Assembly (NCBI GenBank): GCA_007376385.1
Contig: VMGC01000001.1
Location: 224,001 to 288,000, forward strand
DNA length: 64,000 bases
Reading direction: 5' to 3'
Source of the DNA: Parcubacteria group bacterium Gr01-1014_8
Lineage (GTDB): Bacteria; Patescibacteriota; Minisyncoccia; Phycocordibacterales; UBA2100
The position numbers and the translations under genes were made by a program. The notes beneath the pieces are model-generated. The model searched no databases. It was given only the letters and a program-made list of their open reading frames with translations, and was not told the origin of the DNA. Below are positions 19,114 through 27,821 of this stretch, piece after piece. Within the stretch, counting starts at the first letter, position 1; every line of letters starts with the position of its first letter.

Positions 19114-20778
19114 GTGATATGCTTTTTGTATATGACTGACGGGTTGAAAGAATGGAAGAAGCCGGAAGTAACAGACATTTCTTCTGAAGAGCCAGTAAAG
19201 GAGAAAGCGGAGCTGACAGAAGAATTAAAAGATCATATCAGGCAAGACTTGGAATTGGATACGTACGACACACCAGAGAAAGCGAAAAAACGCCGTACGC
19301 AATTGGCAATATTTTATGGTACGAACGTGCAGCAGATTGGGGCAGTTTCTGCGTATAAAAAGCGCGATGGTAAATTAAGCTTAGAGGCAAAATTTGAAAA
19401 ACTACCTCCCGCTCCACCGAAAATCGAAACAGAGTATGACAATTTTACAAAGCGTGCATGGCGGCAGAAAATCTTCAATGCTATAAAGAACGATTTTACT
19501 CAAGAGCAGCTGCAACGTGCTCGAGTCCTATGTTTTCCCGGACAAGCTTTACAAGAGGTGACCGAAGTTTATTTGCCACTAGGTATTCGACCAGAAAATA
19601 TTGTGTGTATTGAGAAGGATCCAGATGTTGTGAAAACCATGAGAAAAAACCTCAAGGCACTCATCCAAACGAAGGTGCTGAGCCAATCTGTCTCCATTTT
19701 CGAAGGAAGTGTCGAGGAATTTTTACAGAGCTCACATGAGCCCGTAACCATCGCTTCATTCGATCTTTTGGGGCCTATGTACGAGGGATTTTTGATGAGT
19801 ATTCCCAATCTCCGTGTCGCGGATAAATTCATGGTTATTACGAATTGTTTGCAGCGCAGGGAACAGAAAAATCAGCAAGATGCATTGAAGTCAATGACGT
19901 CAGCAACGCGTGCGGTAGGGAGCGCACTCGATGCGCTCCAGAATTATAAGCACATTCTCCCGGGTGTTGGCAGCACATCTTTCGACGTGAGTCACCTCAT
20001 GGCTCAAATTGCAAGGGCAAATCAACAACCGATAGACCTTTCAGAAGCGCGAGATGAAGGTGCGGCTATCACGATGATAGCTTTTCTCTTAGGAGGTCAA
20101 GCCAAACAGTCACTCGATGATCTCTACTCTGAAGCTAGCATCGTTCCACCGCGGTTCAAGTCAGATGACGACCGACAAGCTTTTGAAGATCACACGCTCG
20201 GAACACTGATACGTGGGATTGAACAATTAGTTATAAACTATTCTAGAGTGTATTCGCGATTGTCGCTGAAATCCGACGTAAACATATTGGAAAACACCCT
20301 TAGTAGAAGCGATACCGGAAAACATGGATTTTTATTGCACTTTCTCACCGTGGCGACGCATTGCATGAGCGATCTTACGATTTGCGATTTACAACGGTAT
20401 GAATATTCAAGCGAGAAATCCGGGTCTCCATATCAGACGGATGTGATCACGTTGTTTGATTGGAAGCGGAATTTCCGCGAGAAGCATCGGGAAGCATATC
20501 ATTTCATCCGAGATTGTTTTCGAGTGATCGGTCAACACTCGGTAGATCAGATTTCCTTCCAGTTTAAAAAAGGCATCACGGTTTTACCGAAAAACTATGC
20601 TGGCAGCAACGCAAAGATAGATTTAACGGTGAACGTAAACGGCAAGCAGTTTCTCAGTATATCGTTCAGCAAACTCCTTGAGCTAGTGGCTTACTTTAGG
20701 AAAACGGAGAAAATCGTTACAAAAGGAAAAATACCACAGGACTTTTTGGAACGGCCGCGAATCAAGATAGAAACATAG
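19114..20778 (+). CDS. Hypothetical protein (554 aa); N-terminal ~240 aa resemble a Rossmann-fold SAM methyltransferase
   Basis: VLCFPGQALQEVTEVYL (motif-I-like, compare Erm/KsgA hhEIGPGxGxLT), IVCIEKDPDVV (motif II hhhhExD) and FEGSVEEF (compare Erm/KsgA IHGDALKF). The C-terminal 300 aa are unrecognised. The gene lies in the AT-richer insert downstream of the 16S. Confidence 0.5.
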   Translation: MICFLYMTDGLKEWKKPEVTDISSEEPVKEKAELTEELKDHIRQDLELDTYDTPEKAKKRRTQLAIFYGTNVQQIGAVSAYKKRDGKLSLEAKFEKLPPAPPKIETEYDNFTKRAWRQKIFNAIKNDFTQEQLQRARVLCFPGQALQEVTEVYLPLGIRPENIVCIEKDPDVVKTMRKNLKALIQTKVLSQSVSIFEGSVEEFLQSSHEPVTIASFDLLGPMYEGFLMSIPNLRVADKFMVITNCLQRREQKNQQDALKSMTSATRAVGSALDALQNYKHILPGVGSTSFDVSHLMAQIARANQQPIDLSEARDEGAAITMIAFLLGGQAKQSLDDLYSEASIVPPRFKSDDDRQAFEDHTLGTLIRGIEQLVINYSRVYSRLSLKSDVNILENTLSRSDTGKHGFLLHFLTVATHCMSDLTICDLQRYEYSSEKSGSPYQTDVITLFDWKRNFREKHREAYHFIRDCFRVIGQHSVDQISFQFKKGITVLPKNYAGSNAKIDLTVNVNGKQFLSISFSKLLELVAYFRKTEKIVTKGKIPQDFLERPRIKIET

Positions 20779-20811
20779 TAAAGATATGTGTGACCTTAGG
20801 AAAGGCGGGGG

Positions 20812-20937
20812 AATGGACGGAACAAAAGAGTGTCCCGACGCGCGAGAGCGGTCGGGATCCCGACCGAAGCGTCGGGATGTATTGAAGAAAATGCTACAAC
20901 CAAAAACGCCGACTCAACATGAGCACGGCGTTTTTTT
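20812..20937 (+). repeat. Intergenic repeat element copy B (22-mer + GC hairpins + terminator CAAAAACGCCGACTCAACATGAGCACGGCGTTTTTTT)
   Basis: Direct repeat of copy A, separated from it by ~2.3 kb that contains the two unknown ORFs. Confidence 0.6.
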
Positions 20938-21657
20938 GATTTGGATTTGATATTCCTCCCGGCGGCAATGCAGGCACTGCCGCCAGGAAGACTTTCCCTC
21001 ACTGGGTTGGTCGTTTCTCAAAAGCCGTTGGCTTGGCTACGGTTTTTCGTGCCCACTGGCGTGACCGCCGGTTGGCTCCGTTGCTGGGCTTGCGCCCGCG
21101 CCTCTTCTTTCGAGTACTTGTCCTGTGCCCCATTCGGCACTCCCTATGTTCGAGTAAGCATTTGCAAAGAGCGGATTCCCTCTGCCACGTCGAACGTAGC
21201 ACGTATGTAGGTGCTTTGTCACGCTTTACTAAAGTAGAGTGGTGTATACGAACATAAAAAACACCGAGACAATTCTTAGGCACAGCAGCGCTTGAATGAA
21301 CGTGTCCCAACTAAGCACCGCCGACCCGGGAGGGTCGGCGGTGCTGGTTGTTGCCAGAGAGTGGGTATCCAGCGCGAGGGCTACTTACGTCCGTGCTTCT
21401 GTTTCTTCTTCCTCTTGCCGGCATTCTTCCCGCAACGAGGATTCCAATTGGAAGCCTGACGTGCTTTCGCCTCCGAATGGTTGTGACCGCGATGGCCCAT
21501 TTTCGTACCTCTCAACGTGGCATCATTGCCGCGGCTAAAGTAGCACATGAGCCATGGTTTTGCTACCATCGCGGGTACAAGCGCGTTTAGCTCCGGCGGA
21601 TGATACAGACACATCGGTCGCAGCGAGGCGCGGTTTGGAGTAGATTGGTTTGATAAC

Positions 21658-21729
21658 GCGCGTTTAGCTCAGTGGTAGAGCATCCCTCTGATAAGGGGAA
21701 GGCCGTAGGTTCAATCCCTACAACGCGCA
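21658..21729 (+). tRNA. tRNA-Ile (anticodon GAT)
   Basis: GCGCGTT acceptor, AGCTCAGTGGTAGAGC D-arm, anticodon loop CTGATAA (GAT), T-arm GGTTCAATCC, 3' acceptor AACGCGC plus A. CCA is not encoded. Confidence 0.85.
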
Positions 21730-21933
21730 CAAAAGACAGAAACACCTGCCGCAACGGCCAGGTTTTCTGCTTTTGTGGGAGCCGGAGCGATGTTGCGCGA
21801 GTACGCGCAACCGCGAGGCCGGGTCGGGAAAATTTGTTTGGGACGACAAACAAATTATTCCTGACCACAAGTCCATGTGTGACCACACTTCGACTCAAGA
21901 CGCACTCAGTGTACACTGAGTGCGACAATATCT

Positions 21934-23235
21934 ATGAACTATCACGTCATCGGCGGGAAAAAACTCTCTGGTTCTGTGCGGACCAATACTTCAAAGAACG
22001 CTGCAGTCGTACTGCTTGCGGCATCACTTTTGAATCGCGGAACTACAACGCTGAAGAGGATGCCGAAGATAGAGGAAGTGAACCGACTTATCGAGGTCAT
22101 GAAAAGTATCGGCGTGAAAATAGAGTGGACCGACAAGGAAATGACCATAATGCCTCCGAAAGAATTCGACCTGAAGAATGTAGACAAAGTCGCTGCGCAA
22201 AAAACCCGAAGCATAGCGCTTTTTATCGCCCCCCTTGCTCACGTGATGGATTCTTTTGACCTCCCCGCGCCAGCCGGATGCGATTTGGGCAAAAGAAGTC
22301 TCGGTGCGCACATTGACGCACTGGAGCGTCTCGGTATTTACATCAGCGGGGATGAAAAAAAGAATTCATATCACACTGAAGTTAAAGATAAGCAGCTGGC
22401 AGAAATAATCATGTATGAGGCGAGCGACACAGGCACAGAAAATGTGTTGATGGCTGCTGCTAAAATTCCCGGCAAGACGGTCATTAAATTCGCGAGTGCA
22501 AATTACATGGTTCAGGATCTATGTTTCTTTCTGGAAAAATGCGGTGTCAAAATTGAGGGCATCGGTACTTCAACGTTGGTTGTTCACGGAGTGAAAGACA
22601 TTGGTCTCGATGTTGTTGATGCGCCAAGCGAGGACCCGATTGAATCAATGTTTTTCATCTCCCTCGCCGCAACAACCGATTCGGAACTGACTATTGAAAG
22701 ATGCTCCATTGATTTTCTTGAGCTGGAGCTGCTTACTCTCGAACATATGGGCTTGAAATACAAAGTGGGAAAAAAATATCTGGCCGAAAATGGGCGCACG
22801 ACCTTATGCGATATCAAGATAAATAAATCAGAATTGCATGCACCGCCGGAGAAAATAGCTCCGCGTCCATATCCCGGCATCAACATCGATAACCTTCCGT
22901 ATTTCGTTTCTATTGCGACGCAAGCAAAAGGGGAGACGCTTATCCATGACTGGGTCTACGAGATACGCTCGTCCTACTATCTGGAAATGGCAAAGCTCGG
23001 CGCAGATGTAAAAAAACTAGACCAGCATCGCGTGTTAGTCAAAGGTCCCACGCCGTTACATGGCACAAATATCAAAGCGCCGCCTGCGTTTCGTCCTGCA
23101 TCTATCCTCCTCATCGGCATGCTCGCGGCCGAAGGCGAATCAACACTTTATGATGTGTATCCGATAAACCGCGGATATGAGAATTTGCACGAGCGATTGA
23201 AGTCGCTCGGTGCAAACATTGAAGCGATTGATTAA
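21934..23235 (+). CDS. murA: UDP-N-acetylglucosamine 1-carboxyvinyltransferase
   Basis: EPT-family fold. The GG[AG]K..G.V....SKNA motif is present as GGKKLSGSVRTNTSKNAAV, and there is a C-terminal INRGYENLHERLKSLGANI. Confidence 0.85.
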   Translation: MNYHVIGGKKLSGSVRTNTSKNAAVVLLAASLLNRGTTTLKRMPKIEEVNRLIEVMKSIGVKIEWTDKEMTIMPPKEFDLKNVDKVAAQKTRSIALFIAPLAHVMDSFDLPAPAGCDLGKRSLGAHIDALERLGIYISGDEKKNSYHTEVKDKQLAEIIMYEASDTGTENVLMAAAKIPGKTVIKFASANYMVQDLCFFLEKCGVKIEGIGTSTLVVHGVKDIGLDVVDAPSEDPIESMFFISLAATTDSELTIERCSIDFLELELLTLEHMGLKYKVGKKYLAENGRTTLCDIKINKSELHAPPEKIAPRPYPGINIDNLPYFVSIATQAKGETLIHDWVYEIRSSYYLEMAKLGADVKKLDQHRVLVKGPTPLHGTNIKAPPAFRPASILLIGMLAAEGESTLYDVYPINRGYENLHERLKSLGANIEAID

Positions 23236-23240
23236 GGTGT

Positions 23241-23735
23241 ATGGACAGAGACTTGAAGTTGCGGCAAGAGCCGAATTTTAGTATTCGTTTGCTTGGGAAA
23301 GAGGACGGCGCTCAACTTCTTGCGCTATATACAGCAAACCTCTCTCGGCTCCAAGAACTTGGTCTGCACGAAGCGCGCATTCCTGTCGAAGAGCAAATTG
23401 ACGACGTTCTCACGCCAAAAGAAGGCAGCGATCTGTTTGGAATTTTTGATCAACAGGAGTTGATTGGAGCCGTTTACATAACACGAGATTTTAGCGCGCC
23501 GCGAAGTGCCCAAATTGGTCGTTTAATAGATTCTCATTATCAGAATAAGGGAATCGGCGGTAGGGCGCTCACCAGGATTATGAACGAACTTTCAAATCGT
23601 TATGACCGTTTTTGGGCGATGACAAGGGAGGATAACGTTCTTGCAAGAAAATCACTTGAACGAGCGGGTTTTGCGGCGATGTCAGAACCGTCAGACGATA
23701 GCCCGAATGTACTGTATGTTTGGGGTCGGCAATAA
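23241..23735 (+). CDS. GNAT family N-acetyltransferase
   Basis: QNKGIGGRALTRIM (acetyl-CoA binding motif A) and NVLARKSLERAGF. Confidence 0.75.
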   Translation: MDRDLKLRQEPNFSIRLLGKEDGAQLLALYTANLSRLQELGLHEARIPVEEQIDDVLTPKEGSDLFGIFDQQELIGAVYITRDFSAPRSAQIGRLIDSHYQNKGIGGRALTRIMNELSNRYDRFWAMTREDNVLARKSLERAGFAAMSEPSDDSPNVLYVWGRQ

Positions 23736-23752
23736 AGGGGCGTCATTTAGGT

Positions 23753-25015
23753 TTACGTGACTCTTACAGCCTTAGCTGATTTCATCGCTTTTTCTCGCGC
23801 TTTTCTTACATCCTTTCCAATTGCAAGAGCAACTCCCATACGGCGGTGGTCAGGGGAAGACGGTTTTCCGAAAATGCGTACCCACGTGCCTGGGGTTTTG
23901 AGCGCTTTTTCGACGCCAATATATACGGGATTATCCGTTTTCATGTTCGCGAGAATTGCGACACTTGCGCCTGGACAGCACGGAATTTCAGCCTGCCTGC
24001 CGCGCCCGCGGCGCAGGCAGGGAATCGGCAGACCAAGAATTGCACGCACATGCAATTCCATCTCGCTCATATTCTGCGAGACCATCGTGACCATGCCGGT
24101 GTCATGCGGGCGAGGGGACACTTCCGAGAACCAAACCATATCGCCCTTGACGAATAGCTCTACGCCAAAAATGCCGCGGCCTGCTTTTCTGCCTGCCTGC
24201 CGCGACGCACGCGGCGCAGGCAGGCAAAGTTCGTTCACGACTTTTTTTGCAATGTGCTGCGCCCGGGCAAGCGCTTTTTTCGACATCGGATGCGGTTGCC
24301 AGCTTTCGCGATAATCACCATCGATCTGAATATGCCCGACAGGCGCACAGAAACTTATCCCGCCCGCATGGCGAACGGTAAGCAACGTAATCTCATAATC
24401 AAAATTTATCTTTCCCTCGACAATAACTTTTCCAGTTTTTCCGCGTCCTGCCTCCATCGCATGCTCCCACGCCTTCTTTAATCCCGATGGATTTTTGACT
24501 TGAGACTGTCCATGACCGGACGATGACATAGTCGGCTTGATAAAGCAGGGGAATCCAACAGCCTCGGCTCCCGCTTCAAGCTCTTCCAAACTTCCCGCAA
24601 ACCGATACGGCGACGTCGGCAACTTCAACGTCTCGGCTGCAAGTTGCCGAATGCCTTGTCTGTCCATCGTAAGACGCGTCGCGCGCGCCGTCGGGATTAC
24701 GGTCCAACCTTCTTTTTCCAGTTCGACGAGCGTATCCGTCGCGATTGCTTCGATCTCGGGGACGATAAAATCCGGCTTCTCTTGTTCGACTATTTTTCGG
24801 ATCATCGTCCCGTCTCGCATGTTAAACACGTGCGACCGATGCGCCACCTGCATCGCCGGCGCGTTCTCGTATCTATCGCACGCAATCACCTCCACCCCCA
24901 ACCGCATCGTCTCGATAACGACCTCCTTTCCAAGTTCACCGCTGCCGAGCAGGAGTATTCTGGTAGCTGATGGTTTCAGGGGTGTTCCGAATCTCGTCAT
25001 GACCCAGAATAACAT
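23753..25015 (-). CDS. purT: Formate-dependent phosphoribosylglycinamide formyltransferase (PurT, ATP-grasp)
   Basis: [17 protein letters not shown]...[17 protein letters not shown]...[15 protein letters not shown] is collinear with PurT. Two short Arg/Gly/Ala-rich insertions sit in otherwise conserved stretches (see the repeat features below). Confidence 0.85.
   Translation of the reverse strand: MLFWVMTRFGTPLKPSATRILLLGSGELGKEVVIETMRLGVEVIACDRYENAPAMQVAHRSHVFNMRDGTMIRKIVEQEKPDFIVPEIEAIATDTLVELEKEGWTVIPTARATRLTMDRQGIRQLAAETLKLPTSPYRFAGSLEELEAGAEAVGFPCFIKPTMSSSGHGQSQVKNPSGLKKAWEHAMEAGRGKTGKVIVEGKINFDYEITLLTVRHAGGISFCAPVGHIQIDGDYRESWQPHPMSKKALARAQHIAKKVVNELCLPAPRASRQAGRKAGRGIFGVELFVKGDMVWFSEVSPRPHDTGMVTMVSQNMSEMELHVRAILGLPIPCLRRGRGRQAEIPCCPGASVAILANMKTDNPVYIGVEKALKTPGTWVRIFGKPSSPDHRRMGVALAIGKDVRKAREKAMKSAKAVRVT
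23991..24021. repeat. GC-rich palindromic mini-element inserted in-frame in purT (copy 1)
   Basis: GCCTGCCTGCCGCG-CC-CGCGGCGCAGGCAGG is a near-perfect inverted repeat. On the purT strand it encodes [10 protein letters not shown], which conserved PurT segments lack. Confidence 0.55.
24190..24226. repeat. GC-rich palindromic mini-element inserted in-frame in purT (copy 2)
   Basis: TGCCTGCCTGCCGCG-ACGCA-CGCGGCGCAGGCAGGCA has the same arms as copy 1. It is read in a different frame and encodes [11 protein letters not shown] inside purT. Confidence 0.55.
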
Positions 25016-25033
25016 GGGCTGTATACTTTAGTC

Positions 25034-26080
25034 ATGGCAGAACGACTGACCTTGCGAGAAGAATTAGCGCAGCGTCACCCTGTACTTTTAAAGGACTGGT
25101 TACGTAACGAAGGGGTACCAATTGGGGATGATTTTTCATGCGAAATGGAGTTTAATCTTGGACGTCACTCGCTACGCAAGGATGCGCGTCGGTTTAGAGA
25201 GTACTCAAAAGAAGCTGATATTATTTTTTCTGAACGTTTGGACTGGACTCCACTACAAACCGATGTGTATCAGCAGGTAAGTGCGGGAACATTGGATGCT
25301 GTCGGCGCAGGTAAGACAATTACCAGCGACTATTCTAAATTTCAGCAGGGAGAACTAGAACAAATATTTGAAACCGGAGCGTCGATCTACCACCTCGATT
25401 TGCCTCTGGGTGAAGAGTCTGTGGCGTTACAAAAAGATATAATTGATAAAATAATGGAGCACATATTGCTCCACGAACCACCTTTGAGCCTCGAGGAAGC
25501 GCAAAAGACTTTTCTCAACAACCTAGATAAAGATGCGACTTTACACACCGCACGTGAAGAACATGCTGCAGCTGAATTTAGGTCACTTGTTAAAAAAGCG
25601 TTAACAGAACGACCGGAACTGCTAAACCGAAAGCCACTTAGGATTCTTGTGATTTACGGGTTGGCGCATACATCTTTAAAACATCGAATAACCACTACGT
25701 ATCCTGATGTATTGGCGAGACCGTCCACAGAATATAGTACATCGTACCGAGAAGAATATCTTCAGAACAGATTATGGGGCATTGAACCAACAGAGGAGTT
25801 GGAAAAGAAAGTCTTTTTCGAGGCATGGGCAGCTTCGTCTGTACCGAAGCGTTTGTTGTCGGTCTCCCAGGACGCGGCGCGTATTTGGGGGCGTAATGTC
25901 GTAGACGCGTTATCTATACAAGAATGGCAACGCATGTACGGGAGTTGGATGGAAGGAAGTGATAGAGGGGGCGTCACAAAATTCATAAAACATAAGTTAA
26001 AGGAAGCGGGTGTACCTGACTCACACACAGGGGCGATGAAGCTGAAGAAGTGGTATAAACAACAGACTGACAAAAAATGA
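25034..26080 (+). CDS. Hypothetical protein (348 aa) translationally coupled to purN
   Basis: No recognisable motifs. Its stop overlaps the purN start (ATGA). Confidence 0.5.
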   Translation: MAERLTLREELAQRHPVLLKDWLRNEGVPIGDDFSCEMEFNLGRHSLRKDARRFREYSKEADIIFSERLDWTPLQTDVYQQVSAGTLDAVGAGKTITSDYSKFQQGELEQIFETGASIYHLDLPLGEESVALQKDIIDKIMEHILLHEPPLSLEEAQKTFLNNLDKDATLHTAREEHAAAEFRSLVKKALTERPELLNRKPLRILVIYGLAHTSLKHRITTTYPDVLARPSTEYSTSYREEYLQNRLWGIEPTEELEKKVFFEAWAASSVPKRLLSVSQDAARIWGRNVVDALSIQEWQRMYGSWMEGSDRGGVTKFIKHKLKEAGVPDSHTGAMKLKKWYKQQTDKK

Positions 26081-26754
26081 GTAAACCGAAATTATTGATA
26101 TTCGCTTCCGGTACCAAAATCGGAGGAGGTTCGGGCTTCGAGAATTTGGTACAAGCAAGCAGGAGTGGCGCGCTTGGCACGGAAATCGTGGGTGTAGTTT
26201 CGAATCATGAGAACGGAGGGGTACGTGAGCGTGCGGACAGACTCGGAGTGCCATTCATATATTTTGGCGGACCATGGGAAGCAGAGCACTATCAGCGTGT
26301 GGTAAAAGATAGCGGTGCCGAGTGGGTCATGCTCTCTGGCTGGCTGAAATTTGTGAAAGGACTCGATCCGATGCGTACATTCAACATCCATCCCGCGCTC
26401 CTCTCATTCGATCATGGTCGTTTCGGGGGCCCCGGTATGTATGGCCACCATATTCACGAAGCAGTCGCTGAAGCGTTGGAAAAAGGGGAGATAACCAACT
26501 CAGGATGTTCAATGCATTTTACGACCGAAGAATATGACCGCGGACCGATATTTTTCGAATATCGCGTACCGCTCGAAAAAGGAATGACCGCCGAGACAAT
26601 AGCAAAAGTCGTGCAAGCGGCGGAACACGAATGGCAACCCAAGATCACAAACATGGTTGTGCACGAATTAATCCGTTGGGATGGGAAAGATGCAAATACA
26701 CTTGTTGTGCCGAAAGGCTACTCATTTCTTCCGAATCATGACGCCGTCGCATAG
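26077..26754 (+). CDS. purN: Phosphoribosylglycinamide formyltransferase-like (formyl transferase family, PurN-like)
   Basis: KLLIFASGTKIGGGSGFENL N-terminus and NIHPALLSFDHG (compare PurN NIHPSLLP). Confidence 0.7.
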   Translation: MSKPKLLIFASGTKIGGGSGFENLVQASRSGALGTEIVGVVSNHENGGVRERADRLGVPFIYFGGPWEAEHYQRVVKDSGAEWVMLSGWLKFVKGLDPMRTFNIHPALLSFDHGRFGGPGMYGHHIHEAVAEALEKGEITNSGCSMHFTTEEYDRGPIFFEYRVPLEKGMTAETIAKVVQAAEHEWQPKITNMVVHELIRWDGKDANTLVVPKGYSFLPNHDAVA

Positions 26755-27808
26755 ACTTGGTGCTGCTGTTGTCGCGCTGCTTGTATTCTCTGCGGGTGTT
26801 GCGCACATCTCCCAATTTCACAATAGCGTCGAAGGGTATGTATTTTCGGTAAAAGGTGAGAGTGATGTGATGGACATGATGCGGCGCGATTTGCCGGGCA
26901 TAGTTGATGAAAAAGGTGCGGCATTTGTTGTAAATGTTGTAGATTCTCTTATTAAAAAGAAGATGATCACTATAGATGATTGCCATTTGCTTCTGCACCT
27001 CGTGGGGCATAAGGCATATCAAGAGCACGGTTCTGATTTTGAGAGCATGCTTGGCGTGAATAAAAAGCGAATTTGCCTTAATGCATTTGTGCATGGCATC
27101 GAGGCAGAAATTGCGTCAAAGGGAGATAAAGCGGAAATATGGCGATTTTGCGCGTTCACGGAAAATGAACATATACAGAACGGTCCCTGTTATCACGGAG
27201 TCGGACATAGCATTTTTGAGCGCACAAAAGATATACACGGATCACTCACATACTGTGATTCTCTTACTGGAGGTCCTGAACAAGATCTGTCCAATTGCTA
27301 TCGAGGTGTTTTTAGTGAATTGGGGGCCCAAGTTGACGGGTATGATACGAATACCGGCCTTTCAATTCAGCCGCTCGATCTGGTGAGCCAAGGTTTCTAT
27401 GTCGACAAGCCCTATGCGTATTGCTCGAGACTCTCTGCACGGTATCAGGATTCGTGCTATTCTCAGCTATCGAAACTTTTATTTTCTTCAGATAACCCTC
27501 TCGGCAGTGTACAGAAATGCAATGTAGCGTCTACGGAACATGCGCGCAGTGAGTGTGTTAGTACGGTGACAGGCATGAGTGTCAGAATATTGCTTGATTC
27601 CGGCGGTGCGGAGGAGGCCGCAAATTTTTTGAATTCAATTGGGGTACGATCGCAAAAGAACGCCCTTCTTGGCGTACAGGACGGCTATATGTCACATTGC
27701 GATACAAAGGAAGACCTCTTTTCGTGGCGTTCTTTCTGCACATTGCTTACGAACGTGGATACGCGGCAGCAGTGTGGGGTGTTATCGCCGTGCTCGGGAA
27801 TCCATTAA
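26738..27808 (+). CDS. Hypothetical Cys-rich secreted/membrane-anchored protein
   Basis: N-terminal hydrophobic segment (MTPSHRLGAAVVALLVFSAGVA) followed by about 16 Cys and two HxVGH motifs (HLVGHKAY, HGVGHSIF). The listed ORF from 26681 is an upstream extension that overlaps purN. Confidence 0.45.
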   Translation: MTPSHRLGAAVVALLVFSAGVAHISQFHNSVEGYVFSVKGESDVMDMMRRDLPGIVDEKGAAFVVNVVDSLIKKKMITIDDCHLLLHLVGHKAYQEHGSDFESMLGVNKKRICLNAFVHGIEAEIASKGDKAEIWRFCAFTENEHIQNGPCYHGVGHSIFERTKDIHGSLTYCDSLTGGPEQDLSNCYRGVFSELGAQVDGYDTNTGLSIQPLDLVSQGFYVDKPYAYCSRLSARYQDSCYSQLSKLLFSSDNPLGSVQKCNVASTEHARSECVSTVTGMSVRILLDSGGAEEAANFLNSIGVRSQKNALLGVQDGYMSHCDTKEDLFSWRSFCTLLTNVDTRQQCGVLSPCSGIH

Positions 27809-27821
27809 AAAGCGTCCGGTA

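Noticed and set aside
20940-21657. RNase P RNA, tmRNA, SRP RNA or 5S rRNA as identity of the GC-rich spacer
   Set aside because: No recognisable P4 strands (GGAAAGUCCGGGCUCC / ACAGAACCCGGCUUA), no tmRNA tag reading frame or tRNA-like end, no SRP domain IV motif, and no 5S signature were found on either strand. The 23S-like motifs reported under findings are the only similarity seen.
21296-21928. ORFs 21296..21538, 21348..21590 and 21587..21928 that overlap tRNA-Ile and the structured spacer
   Set aside because: They overlap a tRNA gene or hairpin-rich non-coding DNA and have no protein motifs. They are treated as spurious, except the 39-codon basic ORF mentioned in findings.
26681-26737. Upstream extension of the Cys-rich protein ORF
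   Set aside because: It overlaps the purN 3' end in another frame. The hydrophobic signal-like segment begins at the internal Met 26738.
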